Shown here piece after piece: positions 1-8,570 of a DNA stretch of 20,000 nt. Location: the IMG/VR virus record IMGVR_UViG_2061766007_000565; one strand, 5' to 3'. The DNA comes from an uncultured virus (IMG/VR IMGVR_UViG_2061766007_000565). Taxonomy: Duplodnaviria; Heunggongvirae; Uroviricota; Caudoviricetes. The notes beneath the pieces are model-generated. The model ran no database searches. It had not been told where the DNA came from and worked only from the letters and a program-made list of their open reading frames with translations. The position numbers and the translations under genes are program-made. Position 1 is the first letter of the stretch, and each line of letters begins with the position of its first letter.

Positions 1-1
1 C

Positions 2-88
2 CCTACGTCCAAAGCCGCGGACACGTTCGTGCTGCCCGGCAAGACCGGTCCCATCGGTCTTGGGTGCATCCGTCTCGTGAAAGATTAA
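2..88 (+). CDS. 3' end of a probable Fib_succ_major-like paralog (partial)
   Basis: Frame from nt 2 reads PTSKAADTFVLPGKTGPIGLGCIRLVKD*. The terminal CIRLVKD resembles the family's SVRCVKD-type ending and aligns with WIVPGRK...SLRLIRD of 5019..6101. Confidence 0.55.
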   Translation, partial: PTSKAADTFVLPGKTGPIGLGCIRLVKD

Positions 89-118
89 CAACAAAAAAAC
101 AACAAAAGGAGGCAAAGC

Positions 119-1010
119 ATGTTTGAAAACGAACAGGAACCCGAACTCCCCACCGACGGCTCCGGCATCTTCGCCCGAGATCCCGGCAAGTCCGATATCA
201 TCCAGGCCCTCGCCGAGAAATGGGGCTGCAGCGTCGATGAAGCCTGCGAACGCATCGGAATGAAGCGTCCCGATCCCACCGATTCCATCGACGCGGCCGA
301 CAGGTATGGCGTCGATGTCGTCGGGTGCGACGAGGATTTCGAGGACGAGGATTTCGAGGACGATGAGGTCAGCGANNNNNNNNNNATGCGACGAGGATTT
401 CGAGGACGAGGATTTCGAGGATGATGAGGTCAGCGAGGAGGAGGCCCGCGCCAACGTGGAAAGGATCATCGCCGACGTCGAAGAAAACTTCAGAGACGTG
501 GCCATTGATCCCGTCGCTGGAGCCGGAAACCTCCCTCCATCGTTCGATCACAATCCCATCATCGGCGAGTGGAATGGCATCCCCGAGGCGGATGACGTTG
601 GTGACGAAGACGATCAAGACATCTATGATGAGGACGATGATGACCTGGTCGGTGGTGATGGCCTTTCCGGACATGGTCATCGGTTCGAGGTCGTGGACGA
701 ACATCTTGACCTCCTTGGAGCAAGCAAGTTCGGAAAGGACAATACCGAAGCGACCATTGTCTTCATGGTGGATGACTATGAAGAGGAGGACGAGGCGTAC
801 TTCGATATCGTCGTCAAGCTCAGCAACATCACCTGGAACGGTCGGAGGATCAACACCTATACGATCGACAGCGTGGACCTGCCCGATCTCGACGACTACG
901 ACGAGTCAATGATCCCCGACAGTGCCGCGGACATCGACCGGCTCAAGGAAGATGCGAAGCGGTTGCTGCCCAGGCTGAAAATCGACAACAACGGCGAGCT
1001 GGAAATCTAA
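119..1010 (+). CDS. Highly acidic (D/E-rich) hypothetical protein spanning the gap at 376-385
   Basis: AAAAGGAGG SD before ATG119. ORFs 119..424 and 306..1010 join through the DEDFEDEDFEDDEVS sequence, which is duplicated on both sides of the 10-N gap. Contains a real 15-nt tandem repeat GACGAGGATTTCGAG x2. Confidence 0.75.
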
Positions 1011-1076
1011 CCAGCCGCTCGGCACCGGTGAAAGGGGTTGACCGGTGCCGTAAACAACCCCATAAAGGAGAACACA

Positions 1077-1184
1077 ATGGCAAAGAAAGGCAACAGCGGG
1101 AAGAAGATCCGGATCTGGTGCAGAGAAAGTGGAGCGCGCTATGAAATGAAGAAGACCAAGAAGTCCAAGCAGTCCAAGAAGTGA
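1077..1184 (+). CDS. 35-aa very basic peptide MAKKGNSGKKIRIWCRESGARYEMKKTKKSKQSKK (not in ORF track)
   Basis: AAAGGAG SD 6 nt before ATG1077. Fills the space between two intergenic hairpins. Confidence 0.7.
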   Translation: MAKKGNSGKKIRIWCRESGARYEMKKTKKSKQSKK

Positions 1185-1255
1185 AGTAGCAACGGTCGCC
1201 GAAAGGCGAAACAAACCAACACCAAACGGGTCCTCAAGGACCCAAGGAGTTCAAA

Positions 1256-1678
1256 ATGGAAGGCGGAAACATCGTGTACACGTCCTGCTTCGGAACGGTT
1301 TACACCGGAGAAATGATGACTCGCGTCGAGATCGATGAACCCAGCGTCGGCGCTGCCGAAAACGGAAACGAGGGACGCGTCTTCGTCCTCGGAGAGGATT
1401 GGATGAAAGTCTCCATCCTCACCGATGAGGTGGTCAGCCACGTGCTCGCGGGTCGTCGGTACAGCCCGATCGACATCATCACCGTTTGGGGGCACGTCAA
1501 CCACAATCGGAAGTGTCTGGACAAGTTCGTCGCCTCCATCGGAAATTCGATCGTCCTCGGGAAGAAGTGCAATCTCGTCACTCTTCTCGATCCGGTCGAC
1601 ATCGACAGCGACAGGGCGATAAGCATCCTCAAGAGGATCTTCATCACCGAACACAACACCATTGTAACCGGCGAATAG
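1256..1678 (+). CDS. Hypothetical protein (140 aa)
   Basis: AAGGAG SD before ATG, co-oriented, codon style matches neighbours. Confidence 0.75.
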   Translation: MEGGNIVYTSCFGTVYTGEMMTRVEIDEPSVGAAENGNEGRVFVLGEDWMKVSILTDEVVSHVLAGRRYSPIDIITVWGHVNHNRKCLDKFVASIGNSIVLGKKCNLVTLLDPVDIDSDRAISILKRIFITEHNTIVTGE

Positions 1679-1696
1679 CCAAAGGAGGAAAGAAAA

Positions 1697-2089
1697 ATGG
1701 ATTTCAGCAAGATTCGGTTCACTCTCGGTCTGTATCTCGGAGATGACGCAGTTGTCGAGAAGTGCATGTCGGATGACAAACTTTTCGACGCGTTCAATGA
1801 AGTGCGAGGGATCGGTTATCCCCACCTCTACAGCGAGGAGGACGACAAGCCGTATCTCGACATCAAAGAAGTCGAGAAGATCGCCAAGGAGCTGAACAAG
1901 TGCTGCAAACCTGGCAGCGGACTCGAAATCAAGTACGAGCACCACAATAATCGTATCGATGCTTATGTCTGTTTAGTTGGCGAACCCTGCATGTGGAGAC
2001 TCCGGTTCACCGCCAAAGCCGATCAGCTTCCCACTGAACAGGAAATGTGCGAGATCGAAACCGGAATGAAAGAAAACACCCTGGCCTGA
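1697..2089 (+). CDS. Hypothetical protein (130 aa)
   Basis: AAAGGAGG SD and tight packing with neighbours. Confidence 0.75.
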   Translation: MDFSKIRFTLGLYLGDDAVVEKCMSDDKLFDAFNEVRGIGYPHLYSEEDDKPYLDIKEVEKIAKELNKCCKPGSGLEIKYEHHNNRIDAYVCLVGEPCMWRLRFTAKADQLPTEQEMCEIETGMKENTLA

Positions 2090-2102
2090 AGGAGGACATT
2101 GA

Positions 2103-2273
2103 ATGTACGAAGTCGGCGACAAGATCGAGATCATCTCGATGGAAGGCGAGGTCGGATACGACGGACGCGTCGGTGTTATCACACACATCGACGACTGGGG
2201 TCAGCTCCATGGAACGTGGGGCGGACTCGCCGTCCAGCCCGAACGGGACCGGATCAAGAAGGTGGTCGAATGA
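2103..2273 (+). CDS. DUF4314-like small protein (56 aa, not in ORF track)
   Basis: AAGGAGG SD. MYEVGDKIEIISMEGEVGYDGRVGVITHIDDWGQLHGTWGGLAVQPERDRIKKVVE matches the G-x-V/I-x-x-I/V-DD-x-G-x-x-H-x-x-W pattern of DUF4314 from recall. Confidence 0.65.
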   Translation: MYEVGDKIEIISMEGEVGYDGRVGVITHIDDWGQLHGTWGGLAVQPERDRIKKVVE

Positions 2274-2362
2274 TCGACACTGTCGCGAAAACTCCCTGGA
2301 TGGGGGACGGAATCCCGTCCCCCTCCGAAAACTGAATGAAACCCATCAACCTGGAGGATCTA

Positions 2363-2554
2363 ATGATCGGAACGGCGAGCGGAACCGAAAACACCATGGA
2401 AGACATCCCATGGAACGTTCGAGAGGGGAGATCCTTCTACATCCGCAAGAAAGGAAAGGTCTACCAGATCTTCAAACGCGGCTGCGGGCAGGTTTTCGGG
2501 AGCATTTCCCGCGAGACCGCCGAGAAACGAATGGAAGAGCTGGACAAGGAATAG
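2363..2554 (+). CDS. Hypothetical protein (alternative start 2336)
   Basis: GGAGG at 2353-2357 before ATG2363, preceded by a perfect hairpin at 2302-2323. Confidence 0.6.
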   Translation: MIGTASGTENTMEDIPWNVREGRSFYIRKKGKVYQIFKRGCGQVFGSISRETAEKRMEELDKE

Positions 2555-2574
2555 AAACAACAGGAGGTCAACTC

Positions 2575-2913
2575 ATGATTGGCAGTGATGTGAAATCCAC
2601 GATAGCCTGGATAAAGGATTACGTGAATGGAAAGATTTCCAAGCTCGAGTATCCGAAAGAATATCTGGTCGCGGTGAAAAATATTCGCGATCCGAGCAGC
2701 GATCTGACCGAACAGTATGAATTTCACATCGAAATCATCACGAAGACTCCCGGTGGGAGCGAACACAGTGCTGCTCTTCATGTAATTGGTCTGGGTTTGA
2801 TCTGGATCAGGGCAAACAGAAGGAGACACTGTTTTTCTCCTGAAAAGAAAACCAATATCCGCCGATACATCAACAGGTTCTTTTCGGAAGTCGAAGGAAT
2901 CTGGAACCCCTAA
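2575..2913 (+). CDS. Hypothetical protein (112 aa, MIGSDVKST...)
   Basis: CAGGAGG SD before ATG2575. This is the 3' part of track ORF 2047..2913, whose upstream part overlaps other genes. Confidence 0.7.
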   Translation: MIGSDVKSTIAWIKDYVNGKISKLEYPKEYLVAVKNIRDPSSDLTEQYEFHIEIITKTPGGSEHSAALHVIGLGLIWIRANRRRHCFSPEKKTNIRRYINRFFSEVEGIWNP

Positions 2914-2930
2914 CAAAAGGAGAAACCAAA

Positions 2931-3185
2931 ATGCGAATCACTGAAAAGCTTTACGTCGTCTACGATCCCGAAACCGCTCTTTATCTGAAGAGCGATGGGC
3001 CCGTCCTCTTCACCAACAAGCTTTCGAATGCGGGGCTTTTCGAGAAGAGGGAAGACGCCGAGGCCGCTTCCGACAATACCGGGCTCAAAGTTCTTGCTCT
3101 TTCCGTCGGTCATGAAGACATTTCCGGCGGGGTGGAGGAAGAGGTTCCGGGTTATGAACAGATGGAACTCTTCGAGGGTTCCTGA
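2931..3185 (+). CDS. Hypothetical protein (84 aa)
   Basis: AAAAGGAG SD and co-oriented. Confidence 0.7.
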   Translation: MRITEKLYVVYDPETALYLKSDGPVLFTNKLSNAGLFEKREDAEAASDNTGLKVLALSVGHEDISGGVEEEVPGYEQMELFEGS

Positions 3186-3295
3186 TGATCACCTGCGCGC
3201 TCGTCTGGGTATCCGTCTCGAACATCTCGATGATCGGATACTGTCTGTATGAAGGACTGAAACGGCCGGTCACAAAACGTGACCGGTCAATCTAG
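3185..3295 (+). CDS. Possible 36-aa hydrophobic peptide MITCALVWVSVSNISMIGYCLYEGLKRPVTKRDRSI
   Basis: TGATG stop/start overlap with the upstream gene; hydrophobic N-terminus and basic tail. Its 3' end runs through a hairpin, so it may be spurious. Confidence 0.3.
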   Translation: MITCALVWVSVSNISMIGYCLYEGLKRPVTKRDRSI

Positions 3296-3320
3296 CAAAC
3301 CATCAGAAAGGAGATTTCAA

Positions 3321-4457
3321 ATGGGACTGAATTGGCGTGATCTCAACGACTTCAGGGAATTTCGCTGGAAGAGCAGCTTCACCCAGAACGCCATTCCCGA
3401 TCTCGAGAAGGCGATCAGCGAAGACAACTACGGTGCCTTCCGCATCAACGCTGCTCTCGCCGGCATCACGTGGCATCGCATCTGCGATCCCCACTCGATC
3501 TACTACCTCTACACGATCAAAATCGCCGGGAAGATCCTGCGGGCGCTTCTCGAGATCGGAAAGGAAGACCGCACCGCGTTCAACGCCCCGGAGCTTCTCT
3601 ACAACGTGTTCCTCAAGCCGAACATGGCTTTCGAGGACATCATCCGCGGTTTCGCCAAGTATCCGGTTCTCGAATACGAAAAGCGAGTCGAACTTATCAG
3701 GGACGCGATGGACGTCACTGGCTTTGTCTCGAGGGTGTACTGCAACAAGACCGACAAGAAGCTCAGCGGCGCGTCCATTGACAAGATGCATGATCTTTTC
3801 GAGGAGCTTTTCCCCGGGGAAAATCTTTTCCCCGCACGCTTCGGCACGTGGACCGATGAACGGGACGGCGAAGTCTATGGAACCGTTCGAATCGAAAACG
3901 CCGAATGGATTCGCATGCCTCTCAAGTACGGCATGGGTCCCGACGGTCTCATCTCCCTGGACGAGTTCCTTGCAAAGGAGAACGAGATCATCCCGCATGG
4001 ATGGCGTCTTCCCGGCGGTTACGACCTCAGCAGGGTCTACGAACACACGTACATTCCCGATGACATCCCGGCCGAGGATCGCAGGCTCTTCGACGGAACG
4101 GACCATAAAACCGTCGCGTCTCTCCTGTCCAAGGACTCCCCGTGGCCGCTGATCAAGGAAGAGATGAATCCCATCCCCAACGGGTATCCCGTCCGCGGTT
4201 CCGACAAGTGGAACGAACAGATCGGTCAGTCCGGTCTGGACTTCAGGCCCACTTACGGCACCGGCGACAGTCGGGAGTCCACCGTGATGACTCTCATCTC
4301 GAAGGACGGCTACGGCCACACCGCACGGCAGTACTTCTCCCTCGAGCGCAACTTGCAATTTCTTTTCGACGAACCGGTGTGCGCAGATGATCCCAACCGG
4401 TACGACGCCAAGGTCTACGAACGGTGCTGTGTCCTGCTCTGCAGGGACGTCAAGTAA
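3321..4457 (+). CDS. Unknown N-terminal domain + Fib_succ_major (FISUMP)-like domain protein, paralog 1
   Basis: GAAAGGAG SD before ATG3321. Motifs GTWTDERDGEVYGTVRIENAEW, PHGWRLP and terminal LLCRD resemble the family's FTDxRDGxxYKTVxIG, CPxGWxLP and VRCxKD. No signal peptide. Confidence 0.8.
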   Translation: MGLNWRDLNDFREFRWKSSFTQNAIPDLEKAISEDNYGAFRINAALAGITWHRICDPHSIYYLYTIKIAGKILRALLEIGKEDRTAFNAPELLYNVFLKPNMAFEDIIRGFAKYPVLEYEKRVELIRDAMDVTGFVSRVYCNKTDKKLSGASIDKMHDLFEELFPGENLFPARFGTWTDERDGEVYGTVRIENAEWIRMPLKYGMGPDGLISLDEFLAKENEIIPHGWRLPGGYDLSRVYEHTYIPDDIPAEDRRLFDGTDHKTVASLLSKDSPWPLIKEEMNPIPNGYPVRGSDKWNEQIGQSGLDFRPTYGTGDSRESTVMTLISKDGYGHTARQYFSLERNLQFLFDEPVCADDPNRYDAKVYERCCVLLCRDVK

Positions 4458-4479
4458 ACCAAAACCAAAAGGAGGCGAC

Positions 4480-4563
4480 ATGGCAAAGAAACAGACCCTG
4501 ATTCTTCCTTTCAACCACCTGTTCAATGAATTGTTCAGGGATCGAATCAAGACTCACAAGTAA
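4480..4563 (+). CDS. 27-aa micro-protein MAKKQTLILPFNHLFNELFRDRIKTHK (not in ORF track)
   Basis: AAAAGGAGG SD and a clear paralog at 15933..16025. Confidence 0.8.
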   Translation: MAKKQTLILPFNHLFNELFRDRIKTHK

Positions 4564-4578
4564 AACAAAGGAGGCAGC

Positions 4579-5007
4579 ATGAACGTCGAGCTTTTCGATG
4601 CGATAAAGGAGCTTCAGAACTCCTACGAGTCTCTGATCGACGAGATCGCCACCGCGATCGAGCTTCGGAAAGGCATCGACATCGGTTCAAACCAATTCCT
4701 GACACCTGAAATCGTCCCGATCGGGAACTCGATCGATCTCTCCAACTTCCCAGAAGATTTCGCGGAAAGAATGGATGGGATCGGCGAGCTTCTCGGCGGG
4801 GATTTCAAGACGGCAGCGGAAAAGTTTCACGAACACGTGAAAGCGATCCGGGCGAAGAAACAAACCTTCGAGAGCGACAAGGAAATGATCTCATTCATCC
4901 GAGAAGAACTGAACAAGACTCTGAGCAACCTTTTGAAGGGAATCGTCCTCTCCCTTCCGGAAAAAACCGTGGACACCGACGAGGACGGAAACCTTTTCAT
5001 CATCTAG
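4579..5007 (+). CDS. Hypothetical acidic, probably helical protein (142 aa)
   Basis: AAAGGAGG SD and tight packing. Confidence 0.75.
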   Translation: MNVELFDAIKELQNSYESLIDEIATAIELRKGIDIGSNQFLTPEIVPIGNSIDLSNFPEDFAERMDGIGELLGGDFKTAAEKFHEHVKAIRAKKQTFESDKEMISFIREELNKTLSNLLKGIVLSLPEKTVDTDEDGNLFII

Positions 5008-5018
5008 GAGGCATCTAC

Positions 5019-6101
5019 ATGGAATGCAAAGACTTTCTCCCCAACGACACCTGCTGGAAGGGCGCCGAGACCATCAAGGCCGACGTCGACAAGGACTGCA
5101 CGAGCGCTTTCATCCACGCCACTCTCGGCAACAACCGCTTCTCCGATGAGCGGCTGCTCTACATGGCTGTCAATGGTCGCTTCGGGGTCCTGAATGCGGC
5201 CGTCACTCTCGCCATCGCCGCGAAGAGGGAACCCCGCGTCGGGAAGATCATCGAATGGATGATCGCCAGCCAGGTGTTCACGACCAAGGGTTATTGGGGT
5301 CGCCAGTACAAGGAGTACGTCTGCGACCTCGCCAAAGACGGCAAAACCATCGTCGAGGCGATCAAGCCGGGTCTCAAGTTCCTCTCGTCCAACGACTGGA
5401 ACCGTATCATCGCCCGCGTCTTCAACTTCGTCGAGGGAGACGTCGGTGTCATCCGCAAGGTGCTTGCCTTGTTCGGCAAGGACATCGAACGCGACCCCGA
5501 TCCCGGAGCCGACGGCAAGACCTATGTGATCCCCGGGAAGTACGACCGGATGGGCGTCGTCTGTGTCGGCGGGTTCCTCATGATGAGCAAGGACCTGGTC
5601 GACGGCTGCAACTACGAGGAAGCCAAGGCCATCGAGGCCGAACTTCTCCCGTACGGCTGGCGGCTCCCGAGCAAGGACGAGGCCAAGACCATCGAGGCGG
5701 CTCTCCCGCGCGACGGCGGTCTGTGCTACTCGGACAAGATCGAGGATCCCAAGTACGACCTGGCCATTGGTACGTACCAATTCGGGACCCGCGACTATGG
5801 AGAGACGCACAGCGGCTATCTTGACGAATACCTCTCCAGGGGGTCGGAGGTCAATGCGAAGGCGACCGCCAAGAAGCTGAAGCTGGATCCGCGGATCTAC
5901 GACTTCTTCCCCCACGGGAACAAGTACACTCGCAGGTCCCGCAAGTATCTTGGCTGGTGCACGTGGACCCACAACGGATCCATCTTCTCCATTCCCCTCG
6001 GTTGCGAGAACAAGTGGATCGTGCCCGGCAGGAAGCACAAGGACAAGAAGATCAGCCTCCGGCTCATCCGAGATCCGGATCTGGTCGTCAAGGACATCTA
6101 A
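5019..6101 (+). CDS. Divergent Fib_succ_major-like domain protein (360 aa)
   Basis: AGGAGG SD. Contains DPGADGKTY, LLPYGWRLPSKDE, YLGWCTWT and terminal SLRLIRD; similar size and layout to its neighbours but much more divergent. Confidence 0.6.
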   Translation: MECKDFLPNDTCWKGAETIKADVDKDCTSAFIHATLGNNRFSDERLLYMAVNGRFGVLNAAVTLAIAAKREPRVGKIIEWMIASQVFTTKGYWGRQYKEYVCDLAKDGKTIVEAIKPGLKFLSSNDWNRIIARVFNFVEGDVGVIRKVLALFGKDIERDPDPGADGKTYVIPGKYDRMGVVCVGGFLMMSKDLVDGCNYEEAKAIEAELLPYGWRLPSKDEAKTIEAALPRDGGLCYSDKIEDPKYDLAIGTYQFGTRDYGETHSGYLDEYLSRGSEVNAKATAKKLKLDPRIYDFFPHGNKYTRRSRKYLGWCTWTHNGSIFSIPLGCENKWIVPGRKHKDKKISLRLIRDPDLVVKDI

Positions 6102-6169
6102 AAACCCAAACGGCGGCCGTCCGAACGGGCGGTCGCCTTTGAAACCCTCAATCGAAAGGAGATTTCGAC

Positions 6170-7321
6170 ATGGACAATACCAACATCATCCTCAAATACG
6201 GCAAGCCCGTCGACTTCGGCAATTACCGTTCGAAGTACAGCTTCAACCGCGGCAAGGACGATGATCTCGAGAAGGCGATCAACGAAGACAACTACGGGGT
6301 GTTCCGGGTCAAGGCTTCTCTTGCCGGCATCACGTGGCATCGCATCTGCGATCCCCACTCGATCTACTACCTCTACACCAAGCGTGCTGGCAAGATCCTG
6401 CGGGAACTGCTCAAGATCGGCAAGGAAGACCGGACGGTTTTCCCCGTGTGGACGCTTCTCTACAACACCCTCACGAATCCGCACACCGCGTTCGAAGAGA
6501 TCATCCGCGGCTTCGCGGAGTGCTCCGCCATCGATCGCGACGCCAAGCTCCAGATGCTGAAGGACTGCATGGAATACACCGAGTTCGTCAACAGGGCGTT
6601 CGGTATCGGTGGGGCGTTCGACATCGGCGGATATACCCAGGAGAAGCTGTACCATCTCTTCGAGGAACTCTTCCCCGGAGAGGGTCTCTTCCCCCACCGC
6701 TTCGGGACCTGGACCGACGATCGTGATGGAACCGTCTACGGGACCGTCCGCTGTCGCAGCCTCGAGTGGCTTCGCATGCCGCTCAAGTTCGGCATGGACT
6801 CCGACGGGCTCATCTCCATCGGAGATTTCCAGGTTCGTTCGGAGAGCATTCTCCCTAGCGGGTGGCACGTTCCGAGCGACTCCGAGCTCGATTCGCTCCG
6901 GATTCTCCAGAACGTTCCGAGGGATCCGAATGTCCTGTTCGGTGCCGAAGAATACGGCAAGGCTCCCTTCCTCTCCAAGGATGGTTGTTGGCCGATCCTC
7001 CCCGGCGACTATGCCTGTAGGAACAGGGGAGAGGATGGCTACAAAAGGGGCAGCCTCATCTGGAACGAGCAGGTCGGCCAGAACGGCTTCGACTTCAAGC
7101 CCACCTACGGGACGGGTGACAGTCGCGAGTCCACGGTGATGACGACCATCGTCAACTACAACGGGAGGTACGAGCGCCGGTGCTTCCGGCTCTTCACCGA
7201 CTACAATCTGTTTCGGGAACCCGAATGCAGCCGGCAGAACGATCCGGATCGTTACGACGCCTGTGTCTACGAACGGACCTGCATCATGCTCTGCAGGGAG
7301 ATTCCCGGAGTGAAGGCCTAA
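6170..7321 (+). CDS. Unknown N-terminal domain + Fib_succ_major-like domain protein, paralog 2 (383 aa)
   Basis: GAAAGGAG SD. Contains GTWTDDRDGTVYGTVRC, PSGWHVPS, DFKPTYGTGDSRESTVMT and MLCRE; collinear with paralogs 1 and 3. Confidence 0.8.
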   Translation: MDNTNIILKYGKPVDFGNYRSKYSFNRGKDDDLEKAINEDNYGVFRVKASLAGITWHRICDPHSIYYLYTKRAGKILRELLKIGKEDRTVFPVWTLLYNTLTNPHTAFEEIIRGFAECSAIDRDAKLQMLKDCMEYTEFVNRAFGIGGAFDIGGYTQEKLYHLFEELFPGEGLFPHRFGTWTDDRDGTVYGTVRCRSLEWLRMPLKFGMDSDGLISIGDFQVRSESILPSGWHVPSDSELDSLRILQNVPRDPNVLFGAEEYGKAPFLSKDGCWPILPGDYACRNRGEDGYKRGSLIWNEQVGQNGFDFKPTYGTGDSRESTVMTTIVNYNGRYERRCFRLFTDYNLFREPECSRQNDPDRYDACVYERTCIMLCREIPGVKA

Positions 7322-7327
7322 ACCGGA

Positions 7328-7355
7328 CGGAGGAGGGGCGAAAGCCTCTCCTCCG
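7328..7355 (+). terminator. 12-bp GC-rich stem with GAAA loop (possible terminator or stabilising hairpin)
   Basis: CGGAGGAGGGGC-GAAA-GCCTCTCCTCCG right after the stop at 7321. The tail is ATTAT rather than a U-tract. Confidence 0.5.
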
Positions 7356-7406
7356 ATTATAAATCACCAAACTGGAAGACATTTCCAACCAACAAAGGAG
7401 AACAAC

Positions 7407-7676
7407 ATGACTCTGAATGAAGAAATCAAGCAGTCTCTGGTCGACGAAGGTTTTGAAGATGCCGTCGTCCTCGAAAGTCCCGATTACGCAATTGCCGTGA
7501 TCGGCCGAAGCGAAGATGGTCGACTGATCTATTCCTATGAAAAGATGGTCGAGTTCCTCATGGTCACCGACGGAATGAGCCGGGAAGACGCCATTGAGTT
7601 CATCGACTACAACACGATCAGGTCTCTTCCCTACATGGGAGAACGGGCCCCGATCATCATGTACGAAATCAACTAA
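7407..7676 (+). CDS. Conserved phage-type hypothetical protein (89 aa)
   Basis: AAAGGAG SD. The AVIG...IYSYEKMVEFLM..DGMS.EDAIEFIDYN pattern is familiar from uncharacterised phage proteins (recall only). Confidence 0.75.
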   Translation: MTLNEEIKQSLVDEGFEDAVVLESPDYAIAVIGRSEDGRLIYSYEKMVEFLMVTDGMSREDAIEFIDYNTIRSLPYMGERAPIIMYEIN

Positions 7677-7693
7677 CAAAAGGAGGCTTCGAC

Positions 7694-8002
7694 ATGAAAG
7701 ATACGCTTCTCAGTTTCTTCGAACCGAGCACGTTCCATGTGGCGTGCGCCGTGATCGGGACCTGGATCGCGGTTTTTAGTTCGACTTCCGGTGCGCCGTA
7801 CTCCAACATCGGACTCGCGGTCGCGATTCTTCCCTATGCGATCGGGAAGGGGTTGGCTGCCGTCGCGTACTTCCTGATCGGCGCCTTCCTCGTCCACAAG
7901 CTGGTCGAAGCTGGCATGAACCCCGCCGAACTGTTCAGCATCCTCGATAATGGAGGTGTGCGGATCGTCGAACGGGAAGACGAAGAGGAACAGACTGACT
8001 AA
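7694..8002 (+). CDS. Small membrane protein with acidic tail (102 aa)
   Basis: AAAAGGAGG SD, two or three hydrophobic segments, ends in EDEEEQTD. Confidence 0.75.
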   Translation: MKDTLLSFFEPSTFHVACAVIGTWIAVFSSTSGAPYSNIGLAVAILPYAIGKGLAAVAYFLIGAFLVHKLVEAGMNPAELFSILDNGGVRIVEREDEEEQTD

Positions 8003-8037
8003 CCAATCAAAAAATCACTCTCGAGGAGGAAATGCAA

Positions 8038-8467
8038 ATGGATCCTCAAAAAGCTAAACCTCGCGGCCAAGGTTCTGCAAGCTTCAGCGTCCCGGACAAT
8101 ATCAATTTGCCCGGGATGCCGAAGCTGCACAACAAAGCCCACGGAACGGTTTACGTAAACTTCGACGTNNNNNNNNNNTAGTTTCAGTGTCCCGGACAAT
8201 ATCAATTTGCCCGGGATACCGAAGCTGCACAACAAAGCCCACGGAACTGTTTACGTAAACTTCGACGTCGAGCGAAACGAATTCGAGGGAATCCCCGAAT
8301 TTGCAAGGCAACGAGTGCTCGAAGCGGTGAAAAGAACGATCGGGTTTGACACGCCGGTCAAGGTTCAGTTGATCTGCAACAGGAAATATGATAGGGGTAT
8401 CCTGGATCCCACTTATTATATTCCGGCTGTTCAGGTGGCTGCCAAGAACGCGATGTTCTACTGGTAG
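8038..8467 (+). CDS. Hypothetical protein spanning the gap at 8169-8178
   Basis: GAGGAGG SD before ATG8038 (MDPQKAKPRG...). Sequence ~8081-8168 is repeated at ~8180-8267 across the gap and continues as track ORF 8207..8467. Confidence 0.65.
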
Positions 8468-8485
8468 AAAAATATGGAAAAAGTC

Positions 8486-8514
8486 TTGCCGGGTCGGCGA
8501 GATTATTCTATATT
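8486..8514 (+). promoter_or_regulatory. Sigma70-like promoter of the MTase/DUF262-HNH operon
   Basis: TTGCCG (8486-8491), 17 nt spacer, TATATT (8509-8514), with an A-rich upstream tract. Confidence 0.6.
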
Positions 8515-8570
8515 AGAGATAGAAACAACAAGACGACCGAGTAAACTTACAACAAAGGAGAAGAAAAAAG

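Noticed and set aside
1004..1058. Integron attC-like start (ATCTAACCAGCCGCTC) followed by a hairpin
   Set aside because: No complementary GTTRRRY end at a suitable distance, the other intergenic regions lack RYYYAAC/GTTRRRY pairs, and no integron integrase is present.
1185..1215. CGCC-GAAA-GGCG-AAAC resembling hammerhead stem II
   Set aside because: No upstream CTGANGA core and no stems I or III; it is just a GNRA hairpin.
2270..2554. In-frame TGA at 2333-2335 between two ORFs, suggesting stop-codon recoding
   Set aside because: The upstream part is better explained as an intergenic hairpin (2302-2323), ATG2363 has its own GGAGG, and TGA, TAG and TAA all act as normal stops elsewhere in the window.
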